A DNA stretch of 64,000 nt from an uncultured Alphaproteobacteria bacterium (GTDB lineage Bacteria > Pseudomonadota > Alphaproteobacteria > HIMB59 > GCA-002718135), in the NCBI GenBank assembly GCA_902567855.1, contig CACFOQ010000002.1, positions 15,163-79,162 on the forward strand. Reading direction: 5' to 3'. The notes below the pieces were generated by a model. It was given only the letters and a program-made list of their open reading frames with translations. It ran no database searches and had not been told where the DNA came from. Made by a program: the position numbers and the translations under genes. Positions 1 to 11,095 of the stretch are shown in pieces (positions within the stretch are counted from its first letter, which is position 1; each line of letters opens with the position of its first letter).

Positions 1-1396
1 TGACTTACCTTCTTCTGAACCCGATAGAATTAAAGATCAAATAGAAGAAATTCTTGGAATAAATTCTCAAGAAGCTGCTTTAGTATCTGCTAAAACGGGT
101 GACGGGATAAAAGATTTGTTAGAAAAAATAATAAAGAAATTACCCTCACCATCAGGAAATGAAAGCGACCCCTTAAAATGTATGTTGGTAGATAGTTGGT
201 ATGATAGTTATCTAGGAGTTGTAGTTTTAGTTAGAGTCATTGATGGCAAGTTAAGTAAAAATCAAAAAATTCGTTTCATGGCTGCTGGGGTAACCCACAC
301 TATAGATAGAGTAGGAATATTTTCACCTAAAGCAGAAGAAGTAGATTCTTTAGGTCCTGGAGAAATTGGTTTTATTAACTCTGGAATCAAAAGTGTTTCA
401 GACTGTAAAGTTGGAGATACAATTACTGAGGAGAAAAATCCTGCTAAAGATCCTTTACCAGGTTTTAAACCTTCACAGCCAGTTGTTTTTTGCGGCATGT
501 TCCCCGTAGACTCAGATGATTATGAACATTTAAGAGATAGTATGGTGAAATTAGCATTAAATGATTCTAGTTTTTCTTATGAGCCAGAAGTTAGTCCTGC
601 TCTTGGTTATGGCTTTAGGTGTGGCTTTCTTGGTTTACTGCATCTAGAAATTATTCGAGACAGATTTGAAATAGAATTTAATTTAGAATTAGTAACCACG
701 GCACCTTCTGTTGTTTATAAAGTTAATATGAATGATGGAAGTGTAATTGATTTGCATAACCCTACAGATATGCCAGATCCAGTAAAAATAAACAACATCG
801 AAGAGCCATGGATCAAAGCTACAATTTTGGTTCCCGATGAATATCTTGGACCCGTATTAGAATTATGCACTTCAAAAAGAGGAATTCAAAAAAATCTAAG
901 TTATGCTGGAACTAGAGCATTAGTTGAATATAAATTACCTCTCAATGAAGTAGTTTTTGATTTTTATGATCGTCTTAAATCTATAACAAAAGGTTATGCT
1001 AGTTTTGATTATGAAATGACAGGTTATGAAGTAAATGATTTAGTAAAAGTTTCTATTTTGATTAATGGAGAACCTGTAGATGCCCTGTCATTAATTGTAC
1101 ATCGAGATAGATCACAATCAAGAGGTAGGACTCTTTGTTCTAGATTAAAAGATTTAATTCCAAGACAACAATTTAAAGTAGCAATTCAAGCAGCCATAGG
1201 TGGTAAAATTATTGCGCGTGAGACGGTTGCTTCTTTTAGAAAAGATGTTACGCAAAAATTATATGGCGGCGATGTTACAAGAAAGAATAAATTGTTAGAT
1301 AAACAAAAAAAGGGAAAAAAGAGAATGAAGCAATTTGGTAAAGTAGATATTCCACAAAATGCCTTTTTAAATGCTCTTAAAATGAATGAAAACTAG
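1..1396 (+). CDS. lepA: Elongation factor 4 (LepA), C-terminal ~465 codons; 5' end lies upstream of the window
   Basis: Frame is open from nt 2 ([20 protein letters not shown]...) and continuous with track ORF 116..1396. LepA-like domain order and basic C-terminal tail ([22 protein letters not shown]). Confidence 0.9.
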   Translation, partial: DLPSSEPDRIKDQIEEILGINSQEAALVSAKTGDGIKDLLEKIIKKLPSPSGNESDPLKCMLVDSWYDSYLGVVVLVRVIDGKLSKNQKIRFMAAGVTHTIDRVGIFSPKAEEVDSLGPGEIGFINSGIKSVSDCKVGDTITEEKNPAKDPLPGFKPSQPVVFCGMFPVDSDDYEHLRDSMVKLALNDSSFSYEPEVSPALGYGFRCGFLGLLHLEIIRDRFEIEFNLELVTTAPSVVYKVNMNDGSVIDLHNPTDMPDPVKINNIEEPWIKATILVPDEYLGPVLELCTSKRGIQKNLSYAGTRALVEYKLPLNEVVFDFYDRLKSITKGYASFDYEMTGYEVNDLVKVSILINGEPVDALSLIVHRDRSQSRGRTLCSRLKDLIPRQQFKVAIQAAIGGKIIARETVASFRKDVTQKLYGGDVTRKNKLLDKQKKGKKRMKQFGKVDIPQNAFLNALKMNEN

Positions 1397-1424
1397 TCTA
1401 CGGATCTGGAGCTTGGGTATCGGA

Positions 1425-2027
1425 CTAACTTAAACTTATATTAAAGCTTATTACAATTCTGTCTTCATTTGATCTATTTACATCAACAGAGTGATGTAAG
1501 TAGCTAGGAAACAGTACTAACAAGCCTTCTTCTGGTTTAATTGAGACAATATTAGTATTTAAGTTATTAGGATTTTCTACTTTAGGGTGAAAATACACTG
1601 GTTCACTTCTTGGATCGTGAAAAACAATATTGCCACAATTTTCAGGTGCTTTTACGTAGTAGGCTGCACTTATATAGTTATTACTATGTATATGTCTCGC
1701 ATTAGTAGCATCATTTCTATTTATTATAGACCACATACTAGTAATTTTAACTTTTTGATTTTTTAAATCCCATCCCATATCTACAAGTGATTCATTTATA
1801 TAAGGGCCAATAGAGTTAATATAATTTTTTATATTGTCAGCATTCATATCAAAGTCTTGAGAGTGCCATCCTTTTGAATTAGATTTTTGAACTCCTTTAG
1901 GATTTTGAGACTCTAAACTTTTTATATATTCTAATATTTTTTTATTTACTTCTTGGTGGTTTTTCACTCGTGAAACCCAAACAGGAGTTGAAAAAAAAAG
2001 TTTTAATTCCGACACTCTATCTGTCAT
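1425..2027 (-). CDS. Putative 2OG-Fe(II) oxygenase-like protein (TIGR02466-like small cupin family)
   Basis: 200 aa. HIHSN ... LFPSYLHHSV spacing resembles this family. Motif-level call only. Confidence 0.5.
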   Translation of the reverse strand: MTDRVSELKLFFSTPVWVSRVKNHQEVNKKILEYIKSLESQNPKGVQKSNSKGWHSQDFDMNADNIKNYINSIGPYINESLVDMGWDLKNQKVKITSMWSIINRNDATNARHIHSNNYISAAYYVKAPENCGNIVFHDPRSEPVYFHPKVENPNNLNTNIVSIKPEEGLLVLFPSYLHHSVDVNRSNEDRIVISFNISLS

Positions 2028-2085
2028 ACGTTTTAACTACCTTAACTTTTTGAATTTTGCTAGAAAATTCTACAGACTTACTGCA

Positions 2086-4056
2086 TTACTTAGTACTATC
2101 AATACAAACAATTGCATAAGGTAATAATTCCAGTTTGAGAGATCCATTATCAGCTACGTGTTTTTTAAAGTTTTGAACACGAAAGGCTTCTGGCGATCTC
2201 ATTGCTTCCTCAATATTACTTTCATTGAGATGTCGAATATTAACTGAGCTACTTAAATTTTTTACTGTTAATCGTTGTACTTCTGAAATTAAATTAGCTA
2301 AAATAATTCTTATTTGACCTTCTTTAATAATAGCTAATCCATTTATTTTCAAAGGATTGCTTGATGAGGTTGCAATAATCTCTCCATCTGCAAATTCTCC
2401 TATATCAGCAAAAACGTGATAAAGAGGAAAAACAGATTCTTTAAATGAATAAAATTTTTCTGGAATAGGTGAACCATATTTAGTTTCCATTACTCCTCGC
2501 CATCCAGTTGTTTCATAATATGTCAAACTGTAAGCTGCACTTTCACATAGATATTTTAAACTACCAACTGTCCAGCCTGCTCCAAAGAGAGACATTTGTC
2601 TTACATCTACTTGTGATGGAAGTTGGTTAGATTTAAGAATTGTTTCAGGGGAAGTAGCAAAGGGATTAAAGCGCATTTTTAATGTAATAGGTGAAACAGC
2701 AATAAATTTCTCATTGGAAAATTGATGAGCACTTTTTACTGTTTCAGGTTGAGCAGAAAGCGTTTCTATAAGTGAAAGATTATCAAAAGCGTGTACCTGC
2801 GGATTAATAGAATAACAAACTATATCCATATCTTCAAAAGAGGCAGTAGAACGATTCAGATCAGTAAATAATACATTTGTACCAGAACCAATTTTGATAT
2901 TACGATCATATTTTTGTAAATACTTTCTAGCTAATAATATCCATTTTTTAGAAGTTGTTATCTCTTCTTTATGGAAAATGAGCCAAGTTAATATAGGAGG
3001 TTTAATCTTTTCTAATAATTTAAGAAACGCCATCAGTTCAGACTCTGCATCATTTGAAAGAAACAATGCTACCTCTAAATTAATTCCTAATTTGTGAGCA
3101 TCCTTAGATGATTGGTCGAATTTTGCTTCATAATTAAGATCATATAAATTTAAATTAATTCTTTGATGAGATAGATTTAATACTTTAAGTCGCTCCAACT
3201 CTTTTTCATTGAGTGGATAATCATGACTAGCTTCATCCAACCCAATTTTTGGGAGTTTTCGTATTACTTTTTCTTTTATTAAAAAAGTAAGCTCATCATT
3301 AGCTTCAAAAGATTTTAATTCATGATCTTGATTTTTTAAAGTCAAAGAAAAGTTTTGAGAAATTTTTGTACCAGCTTTAACTTCTACTGGAGAAGGTTTT
3401 CTAAGTGGAGTACCGTAGGTTTTAAAAGAAGCATCTGTCCAGTTTCGTTGATCTTCCATTTCAAAATTGTCACCTTTAAAACGAACTTCTGCTAGTAAAT
3501 TTGGCTTTACTTGATAGACAAGTGCTCGCATATTAGAAAATGGCTCAACAGGTGAAGGCTTATCGTTAATAATAAGTTGCGGTGCTATAAATTTTGGAAA
3601 TGTAGTTTGTTCAATTGTTCCATCCACATGTTCAATTTTACACTCTGTACTAGCATATTCCATTGGATGCAAAATACAAAAACCAATGCGGTTTCGAAAA
3701 AACGTGGAACGTGCTTCACCATCCATACTAAAGGTAATAGTACCATTAGCTTTACCAATAATTTTTCCTTGCCAGCAGAAATCAATGTCACTTTGAATAT
3801 TATTGACAGTATATGCGATGATAAAAGAATTATCTTTTATATCCATTTTTACATTTGATAAAACTGGTTCTACAGTGTCCCAATTACGATCACGCACCGC
3901 AACATAGATACGACGGATTATTTCCTTATCACCATATTTAATATAGCGAAGATCTCCTGCTTCATAAAATAAATTTAATGGTCCAGCTTTAAGGTCTATC
4001 TGTTCGGATAACGATTCATCTTTTCCATAATATTGAACGTTTTTAGATAGTTTCAT
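2086..4056 (-). CDS. Large hypothetical protein (656 aa) in the sugar-acid catabolic cluster
   Basis: Long uninterrupted ORF, 20-nt gap to the upstream oxidoreductase gene. No motif I can name. Confidence 0.6.
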   Translation of the reverse strand: MKLSKNVQYYGKDESLSEQIDLKAGPLNLFYEAGDLRYIKYGDKEIIRRIYVAVRDRNWDTVEPVLSNVKMDIKDNSFIIAYTVNNIQSDIDFCWQGKIIGKANGTITFSMDGEARSTFFRNRIGFCILHPMEYASTECKIEHVDGTIEQTTFPKFIAPQLIINDKPSPVEPFSNMRALVYQVKPNLLAEVRFKGDNFEMEDQRNWTDASFKTYGTPLRKPSPVEVKAGTKISQNFSLTLKNQDHELKSFEANDELTFLIKEKVIRKLPKIGLDEASHDYPLNEKELERLKVLNLSHQRINLNLYDLNYEAKFDQSSKDAHKLGINLEVALFLSNDAESELMAFLKLLEKIKPPILTWLIFHKEEITTSKKWILLARKYLQKYDRNIKIGSGTNVLFTDLNRSTASFEDMDIVCYSINPQVHAFDNLSLIETLSAQPETVKSAHQFSNEKFIAVSPITLKMRFNPFATSPETILKSNQLPSQVDVRQMSLFGAGWTVGSLKYLCESAAYSLTYYETTGWRGVMETKYGSPIPEKFYSFKESVFPLYHVFADIGEFADGEIIATSSSNPLKINGLAIIKEGQIRIILANLISEVQRLTVKNLSSSVNIRHLNESNIEEAMRSPEAFRVQNFKKHVADNGSLKLELLPYAIVCIDSTK

Positions 4057-4076
4057 TTTTTTGAAACTTTAAGCAT

Positions 4077-5114
4077 CTAATTGTCCATTGTTACAAGTGA
4101 ACCACCTTTTGCAGCTGATTGATAAGCTGCCTCTACTAGTTTTAATGTTTTTAAATTATCATCAACTGAGGTTTCTGGTTTAAGATTTTGTGGTACTGTG
4201 TCTATCCAATGACGACATGTATTTTTAACGCTATCTTGAACTACATGCCAAGGTTTTTCACACCAGTCATCAACACTTGGTTCAGCATTTATTGTTTCAA
4301 CTTTTTCACCAGATCTTTTAAACATTTGGTAACCTGCTCCTAGAGTTATTGCACCATTTGTTCCCTCAACAGAGACAAGAGTTTCAGGAAAAAGATCTGG
4401 GACTTGCTTAGATCCATAAGTACATTCAACAATTGCAGTTCGTTCTTCTGAAAATCCTAACATCATTGTAGCCATATCTTCACCAGCAATATCTGAACGA
4501 GTTTTTTGAGTTCGGCAACATATAGAAGTAGCTTCTCCAAATAAAAAACGTGCGGTATCTAGAACATGAACTCCCAAGTCCATTAGCACTAGTTGATCTA
4601 CTTCCTTAAGATAAGGTTGATTTGTATAAATATCGAAAGAGGTACGAAAACTTATCTTACAAAAAAGATGTTGACCAATGTTATCATTTGTAATGAAATT
4701 CTTTAGATCTCTTATAGGTTGTTGAAACCTGAAATTTTCATGAACCATCATGGGTGTTTTAGTTGTTTCAGCAAGATCAACAATTTTAGTTGCTTCTTTT
4801 AATGAGGGGGCCATAGGTTTTTGAATAATTGCAGAAATATTTAGAGACGCTGCTAGTTTTGCAAGATGGTAATGAGATGGAGCAGTTGTGACAATATCAA
4901 CAACATCAGGTCGAACTTCTTTTAACATCAATTCAGCATCGGTGAAATAGGGAGTGCCTTTGGAAATATTACTTGCATTAATAGCTCGCTCTTCATCTAG
5001 ATCACAAACGCCAACTAGATCTACGTCTTTAAAGTTGCTCCATGAAAGAATATGATTTGTTGCAAAAAATCCACAACCTATAACTGCTACTTTGCTTCTA
5101 TTTTCATTTACCAT
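4077..5114 (-). CDS. Gfo/Idh/MocA-family NAD(P)-dependent oxidoreductase
   Basis: N-terminal Rossmann motif VAVIGCGFFATNH. Typical length of 345 aa. Confidence 0.8.
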   Translation of the reverse strand: MVNENRSKVAVIGCGFFATNHILSWSNFKDVDLVGVCDLDEERAINASNISKGTPYFTDAELMLKEVRPDVVDIVTTAPSHYHLAKLAASLNISAIIQKPMAPSLKEATKIVDLAETTKTPMMVHENFRFQQPIRDLKNFITNDNIGQHLFCKISFRTSFDIYTNQPYLKEVDQLVLMDLGVHVLDTARFLFGEATSICCRTQKTRSDIAGEDMATMMLGFSEERTAIVECTYGSKQVPDLFPETLVSVEGTNGAITLGAGYQMFKRSGEKVETINAEPSVDDWCEKPWHVVQDSVKNTCRHWIDTVPQNLKPETSVDDNLKTLKLVEAAYQSAAKGGSLVTMDN

Positions 5115-5150
5115 TTTTATTTTGTATCTATATTATTATTTTCCTTTTGG

Positions 5151-6062
5151 TTATTTCTTGTTCATGAATGTATTGTCCTTTTTTGCATCGGACTTGGATA
5201 GCATTTTTTGGACTTTTTCAAGTGGTGTTCCTATTTGGACATTACTTGATTCTAATTGCCCATCTATTGGATCTATACTGGTGGCAAGTGATCGGTCACG
5301 ACCAATTTCCCTTAAGGATTGATGTATGGAGCGTAATAATAATCCACTATCATTACCAAGAGCTAACATTTTAAAACCTTGTTCAAGTCGGTCGGTCAGA
5401 TTTTTGGTACTTGTTGAGACCACACCACAATGTTTTCCAGAAGCATTAATTATATCTTTTAATTCTAGTATTTGTTCAGCAACACCAGGTCCTTCCCATT
5501 TACCTGGAAAACCAGCAGTTGATGAAAAGTCTGCAGGACCAAAGAAAAAAATGTCGATTCCATCAACCTCACACATTTTAGGAACATTTGGAATAGCTGC
5601 TATACTTTCAATTAATGGTACGATAAGAACATTTTGGTCTGCTTCTGTGGCGTGCTCTTCTAAGCACTGTCCCCAGGCTGTAGCTCTTTCTCCACCAATA
5701 CCTCTTCGGCCTTTAGGGGGAAAACGACAATCTCGGACAGCTTCTTCTAAATCTTTCACATTCTCCATCCAAGGGACAACTATACCATCTGCTCCAATAT
5801 CAAGAGCACGTTTTGACAAGGAAGTACTTCGTTCAGCAATACGCACAAGAACAACAGTATCACTTCGTAAAGCTGCCCTAATATGGGAATTGATATCTCT
5901 CCAATCCAAATGACCATGTTCTGCATCAATTACAACCCAATCCAATCCAAGAGCAACGGCCATATCAGTAATTGACGCTGATTCAAGAGTAACCCATAAT
6001 CCGAATATAGGCTCATTTTTTTTAAGCTTTTGCCTTAGTTTTTGAAGAGCTTTAACTTTCAT
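5151..6062 (-). CDS. HpcH/HpaI-family 2-keto-3-deoxy-acid aldolase
   Basis: WVVIDAEHG and PMIES-like (PLIESIAA) motifs. 303 aa. Confidence 0.75.
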   Translation of the reverse strand: MKVKALQKLRQKLKKNEPIFGLWVTLESASITDMAVALGLDWVVIDAEHGHLDWRDINSHIRAALRSDTVVLVRIAERSTSLSKRALDIGADGIVVPWMENVKDLEEAVRDCRFPPKGRRGIGGERATAWGQCLEEHATEADQNVLIVPLIESIAAIPNVPKMCEVDGIDIFFFGPADFSSTAGFPGKWEGPGVAEQILELKDIINASGKHCGVVSTSTKNLTDRLEQGFKMLALGNDSGLLLRSIHQSLREIGRDRSLATSIDPIDGQLESSNVQIGTPLEKVQKMLSKSDAKKDNTFMNKK

Positions 6063-6221
6063 TTTTGTTCAATTTTATACATTATAGTCATTCTAATTTA
6101 GAACTATTAACACTTGATAATAATTTTTAATACTATTATCATTCTATCGATATGACAAATATGAGTATAATTTAATCATATTTATTTATCAAAACAAATT
6201 TTTAATACGTAGGAGGAAATA

Positions 6222-7256
6222 ATGGTATTAAGAAAAATAATAGCTGCTGGGTTTTTGAGTGTAGCAACAATTTTTAGTTTGTCTATATCAAGCATAGCTT
6301 CAGCCGGTCAGATAGTAGTTGGCTATGCCGCACCTTCTCTTGATGGTGCACAGAAGCAAATATTTGATGGCTTTAGGATTCCAGCAGAAGCAAAAGGTTG
6401 GAAGGTAGTTTCTGTAACATCTGGGGGAGATGCTCAAAAACAAATTAATGACGTTAATGACTTCATCACTCAAGGAGTTGATGCAATTGTAGCGGTTCCT
6501 GATGATAGTGCTGGAATTTGTGTTGCAGTAGCAGCAGCGGAAGAAGCTGGAATACCTTTTTATACAATTGATAGATCTGCAGTTGGTTGCCAAATGGAAA
6601 TGACTGTCCTAGCTGATAACAATCTAGGCGGAAATCAATCTGGTAATGCTGTTGTTGCGCATCTAACAAAAAAATATGGGGAGCCGAAAGGAACAGTTTT
6701 GCATATTACTGGTAACTTAGCACAAAACGTTGCACAGTTAAGAAAGGCAGGATTTGATGAAATTATAAATCAACATTCTAACATTGAACACATTACCAAA
6801 GATGGTGAATGGCAAGTTGAAAAAGGAGTTCAAATAGTTCGTGACGTTTTATCAGTTCGCGATGTTGATGCAATTTATTTACATTCTGACTGTGCTTACT
6901 CTGAGAGTACTGTTCAAACTTTAAAAGAGATGGATCAATATGCACCTAGAGGCGAAGACGGTCATATCTTTATTGCAGCAATCGATGGTTGTAGCTCTGC
7001 TTTAAATTTAATTCGAGAAGGATCAACTGACCAAGCTTCAGGTCAACCAATTCCAGACTTTGGAAGTATGGTTGTTGTATATATTGAAAAGAAATTGAAT
7101 GGTGAACCAATTGAGGAAGGTCAAGTTGTTCAAGAAGGAGCATTATGGTCTCCAGCTCAACTTGTAATGACTGATGTTGGCTTTCAGCTTTTCTTAAGTA
7201 CAACTGATATTTCTATAGACAATGTGGACAATCCTGGACTTTGGGGTAACCAATAG
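6222..7256 (+). CDS. Periplasmic sugar-binding protein (RbsB-like, ABC transporter)
   Basis: Signal peptide. Type I periplasmic-binding-protein pattern (VGYAAPSLDG..., ..IPFYTIDR). Adjacent ATPase and permease genes. Confidence 0.8.
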   Translation: MVLRKIIAAGFLSVATIFSLSISSIASAGQIVVGYAAPSLDGAQKQIFDGFRIPAEAKGWKVVSVTSGGDAQKQINDVNDFITQGVDAIVAVPDDSAGICVAVAAAEEAGIPFYTIDRSAVGCQMEMTVLADNNLGGNQSGNAVVAHLTKKYGEPKGTVLHITGNLAQNVAQLRKAGFDEIINQHSNIEHITKDGEWQVEKGVQIVRDVLSVRDVDAIYLHSDCAYSESTVQTLKEMDQYAPRGEDGHIFIAAIDGCSSALNLIREGSTDQASGQPIPDFGSMVVVYIEKKLNGEPIEEGQVVQEGALWSPAQLVMTDVGFQLFLSTTDISIDNVDNPGLWGNQ

Positions 7257-7300
7257 TTGGATTGAACACTACGTTTGTTGATGTTATAAAAAAAATAAAT

Positions 7301-7331
7301 TTTGGGGGGGTTAATTTTTATCCCCTCCAAA
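7301..7331 (+). terminator. GC-rich stem-loop between the binding-protein and ATPase genes (attenuator or mRNA stabiliser candidate)
   Basis: tttggggggg / tcccctccaaa forms a ~10-bp stem (one G-U) with an 11-nt loop. No U-run follows. Confidence 0.4.
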
Positions 7332-7379
7332 CTCGTAATTCAAAGATTATAAATATAATATAAATATGATAAAAAGATT

Positions 7380-8132
7380 TTGGTTGGAATTATGAAAATT
7401 CTTGAATTAAAAAATATTTCGAAAAGCTTTGGCGCAATCCATGCTTTAGAAAATGTAGATTTAGATATTAATCCAGGAGAAGCGCTTGGTCTAATGGGTG
7501 ATAATGGAGCTGGCAAATCAACACTTGTGAAAATTGTTGCTGGAAATTTTTCTCCTACAAATGGAGAAATTTTTGTTGCAGGAAAAAAAACTTCAATTTC
7601 AAATCCACTTGAAGCTAGAAATCATGGTATCGAAATCGTGTATCAAGATCTTAAATTGTGTAATAATTTAACAGCCTCTGCGAATGTTTTTTTAGGCCGG
7701 GAAATAAATTCAGGTTTTGGTTTTTTTTCACGGCTAAAACACACTGCTATGAATGATCGAGCTGCAGAATTATTTGGAGAATTACAATCCGAAACACGTC
7801 CACATGATGTAGTTGAACGAATGTCTGGCGGCCAACGACAAGCAGTTGCGCTTGCACGAACACGTTTGTCTGATCCAAAAATTGTTTTGTTAGATGAGCC
7901 TACTGCTGCAATTTCAATTCGCCAAGTAGCAGGAATTCTTGCAAGAATTAAACAACTTAAAGAAACTGGTCATGCTGTAATTTTGGTAAGTCACCGAATG
8001 ATGGATGTTTTTGAGGTATGTGATCGTGTCGCTGTTCTACGAAGAGGGAATAAAATTGCTGATAAACCAATCGCCAACACAAACCCAGAAGAGGTTACTG
8101 GATTAATAACTGGAGCTTTAGAAAAAGCATGA
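7380..8132 (+). CDS. Sugar ABC transporter ATP-binding protein (single NBD)
   Basis: Walker A GDNGAGKST, signature MSGGQRQ, Walker B VLLDEPT. The ATG at 7392 is a likelier start than the TTG at 7380. Confidence 0.9.
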   Translation: MVGIMKILELKNISKSFGAIHALENVDLDINPGEALGLMGDNGAGKSTLVKIVAGNFSPTNGEIFVAGKKTSISNPLEARNHGIEIVYQDLKLCNNLTASANVFLGREINSGFGFFSRLKHTAMNDRAAELFGELQSETRPHDVVERMSGGQRQAVALARTRLSDPKIVLLDEPTAAISIRQVAGILARIKQLKETGHAVILVSHRMMDVFEVCDRVAVLRRGNKIADKPIANTNPEEVTGLITGALEKA

Positions 8133-8153
8133 ATTATTCTTTAGAGGAAAATT

Positions 8154-9188
8154 ATGTTTTCATATAATCGTTTATTATTTCTGATTGATCATTTAATTTG
8201 GGGTATTCTAGTGCTTGTATTTGTGTTTTTCATATTTCAATCTGAGTATTTTCTTACTGAACGAAATATTTCCAATATTTTAACAGCAGCAGCGGTATTA
8301 GGTGTCTTGGTAGCGGGTCAAACTTTTGTTTTAATAAGTGGCAACTTCGATTTATCGACAGAGTCCACATTAGGATTGGCAGCTTTAGTTGGTATCTGGT
8401 TGATTGTACCTGCAGGTCCGACAACTTTTGGTGGTGGAATTTTTATGAATCCCTACCTATCAATTATTTGTAGCTTATCTATGGGAGCTTTAATTGGTTA
8501 TATTATCGGTTGCTTAATAACATATGGTAATATGCATAATTTCATCGTTACTTTAGCAGCTCTTCTTGTTATTAGAGGTTTAATGATGGCCTTTACAGAG
8601 GGTGCACCAGTAAGTGGTTTTAATAATCCAAGTGCAGATGTTTTCTACTGGCTTGGTCATGAAAAAGCTTTTAAGCTACCAGGTCTTGGTAAGATTTCTG
8701 TTGCTGTTCTTGCAACAGGATTAGTTTATATTGTTTGTCATTTAATTTTAAAACATCACAAATTTGGTCGAGAACTATATGCAATTGGTGGTAACCGTGA
8801 TGCTGCAGAAGCATTAGGTATAAATGTCAATAGAAGAATTAGGCAAGTGTATATGCTTAGTGGACTACTAGCTGCCCTAGGTGGTTGGATGTTAGCAGGA
8901 AGAGTAGTATCCATACAAAGCAATCTTGGTGAAACTTTTATATTTACTGTTTTTGCTGGAGCTGTCATTGGTGGTGTAAGTCTTCAAGGTGGTAGAGGAA
9001 CAATGCTAGGTGCTTTAGGTGGAGTTTTATTACTTTCTACAATTGATCGGGGATTAAATTTAATGCAAGTTTCTGTCTTTTGGATAAAAGTTATTCAAGG
9101 ATCAGTGATTCTAGTAGCTATGCTTATTGACGCACAACGTGTCCGTCTTAAAGAACTTAGTATTATTGCAACCAGTGAAAAAAAATAA
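8154..9188 (+). CDS. Sugar ABC transporter permease (RbsC/BPD_transp_2 type)
   Basis: 344 aa, about 9-10 hydrophobic segments. GGNxxAAxxxGI motif (IGGNRDAAEALGINV). Confidence 0.85.
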   Translation: MFSYNRLLFLIDHLIWGILVLVFVFFIFQSEYFLTERNISNILTAAAVLGVLVAGQTFVLISGNFDLSTESTLGLAALVGIWLIVPAGPTTFGGGIFMNPYLSIICSLSMGALIGYIIGCLITYGNMHNFIVTLAALLVIRGLMMAFTEGAPVSGFNNPSADVFYWLGHEKAFKLPGLGKISVAVLATGLVYIVCHLILKHHKFGRELYAIGGNRDAAEALGINVNRRIRQVYMLSGLLAALGGWMLAGRVVSIQSNLGETFIFTVFAGAVIGGVSLQGGRGTMLGALGGVLLLSTIDRGLNLMQVSVFWIKVIQGSVILVAMLIDAQRVRLKELSIIATSEKK

Positions 9189-9237
9189 TTATTTAAATTT
9201 TAATTAAGAAGAATAGAAAGTAAGCTCTTGTATTTAT

Positions 9238-10254
9238 TTGTATCTAAAATATGATATAATAATAACTATCTTAGATGATGTAGCCTTAAAGGATATGTAT
9301 CAACACTTATTGACTAACAAAATAGGAAACGATGGCTACAGAACATTTAATCATCCTCATGGATATTTTGTAACTAATTATCTAGAAACACTAGGTTTTG
9401 TGCGTATTTCAAAGTGTGGTTCAAGTACTTTTTCTCATCGTCATGAATTAAATAAATGGAAAAAATTTAGTGATGCAAAAAATATATCTTTAACTTTGTG
9501 TTGTTTAAGAGATCCTTATTCAAGAATAATATCCTCAATACCTGAAACACTTAATAGATTATATTGTGAAGAAATTCCTGAGAGTAAATTTGATTGGACA
9601 AATTTAAAAATATCTAAAGACGTCTATGTTTTTCTTTCTAAAAAAATAAAAGCAGATCCCAAATCATTACTGTATTGTTTTCAAGAAGCAATTAATCATT
9701 TTGGTTTTTTTGATGCATGTCATGAACCTATGACTAACTTTCTTTTTTCTAAAAATGGAGATATAGAAATTAATCCTTATATGTTTACACTAAATAAAAT
9801 GGATAAGATTAGCAGACTTATTTTTTCTATGTCAAATGACTTACAAAAGACAAAATTTAATAAAATAAATGTACGCGACCAAAATATTCAGCAAAAAGAA
9901 TTTTATTCATTTAAGAGATATGCTCATTATCTACAAATAAAGATGATAAAAAAACGCTTTTTAATTTACAAAGAATTTTTAAAATTCAAAAAATTTGCTC
10001 TAAACAATCAACACCCTTTATCAGAAATTATAAAAAACTACGAAAGAAGTGAAAAATTATTTAGCAAAAAGAAATTACTTTTAAAGACTTACTCATTACT
10101 AAAAGAGAATAAAATTAGCCCAAGTCATATGAATGAATTTATGAAAAAAAACTATAAATCTGATATTAATATTTATAAATCAACATCTGAAAATTGTGAA
10201 AATCTTTCAATTGATAAATCTCTGTTAAATTTAAAGAAACTGACTGAAATTTAA
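9238..10254 (+). CDS. Hypothetical protein, possibly sulfotransferase-like
   Basis: ISKCGSSTF and LRDPYSRIIS resemble the 5'-PSB and 3'-PB motifs of sulfotransferases. Very AT-rich. The start may be the ATG at 9295. Confidence 0.4.
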   Translation: MYLKYDIIITILDDVALKDMYQHLLTNKIGNDGYRTFNHPHGYFVTNYLETLGFVRISKCGSSTFSHRHELNKWKKFSDAKNISLTLCCLRDPYSRIISSIPETLNRLYCEEIPESKFDWTNLKISKDVYVFLSKKIKADPKSLLYCFQEAINHFGFFDACHEPMTNFLFSKNGDIEINPYMFTLNKMDKISRLIFSMSNDLQKTKFNKINVRDQNIQQKEFYSFKRYAHYLQIKMIKKRFLIYKEFLKFKKFALNNQHPLSEIIKNYERSEKLFSKKKLLLKTYSLLKENKISPSHMNEFMKKNYKSDINIYKSTSENCENLSIDKSLLNLKKLTEI

Positions 10255-10335
10255 TTAAATTATTATCTAATTTTAATAATTATAAAAAATCAACAATAGT
10301 AGATTGAAAAAAGTCTCTAAAAAAATTAATAATAT

Positions 10336-10953
10336 TTAAAAAACTAAATTTGGATTTTTTAAATTATGAATACTGTTAGAATCACTAATTCCCGTAATAT
10401 TTAGAGTTGTTTTAGGCTCAGACCCAGCATTTGATCCTAAATGATATTTATCTCCCCAATAAATCATATCTCCTTTTTTCCAATTAGATATATTTTCATT
10501 CTCAATAAAAAAAGTATGACCAACCTTCCAATCTTCCATAAAAATCATATATCTGACTACATCAGCATTTTTTGGATCTATATTATTTTTCAATTTAAAA
10601 TTGATAAAAGTGTCTTGGTGCATTGGCAAGGTGTTGCCTGGTGTTTGTGTAATAAAAGAGGATACAGCTTTTTTTAAGCCTGTCATATTTATTATAGGCA
10701 AAAAAATATCAGGATACTGATGGTTAAATACTTGATAAAAAACTGTATTCTTTTCATTATATCCCCAGGATTTATATAAATTTATTCTTTGATTTATTTC
10801 TTTGGTTACTTCTGATTTGTCACTCAGTGTATTTTCGTCTGTAGTTACCAAAACTTGTTTTGAAGCAACATTTTTAAAGTTTTTAATAAGGTCATCTATC
10901 TTAGAAAAATTACCCTTAACTCTTCCTATGTATGTATAATTTTTATTATTCAT
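10336..10953 (-). CDS. Hypothetical protein, possible cupin/2OG-oxygenase fold
   Basis: 205 aa. PMHQD ... KYHLG gives an HxD...H pattern. Weak call. Confidence 0.35.
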   Translation of the reverse strand: MNNKNYTYIGRVKGNFSKIDDLIKNFKNVASKQVLVTTDENTLSDKSEVTKEINQRINLYKSWGYNEKNTVFYQVFNHQYPDIFLPIINMTGLKKAVSSFITQTPGNTLPMHQDTFINFKLKNNIDPKNADVVRYMIFMEDWKVGHTFFIENENISNWKKGDMIYWGDKYHLGSNAGSEPKTTLNITGISDSNSIHNLKNPNLVF

Positions 10954-11095
10954 AATGTTAAATATGTTAGATAATGTATTGTAAAAGATAGTATATACTC
11001 ATATCAGAATATTTATTATTAATAAATAAAATTTAACATATTTATAAAAAATGATAGATAGAATAAATTAATCACAAAATATCAATTTAGATTCA

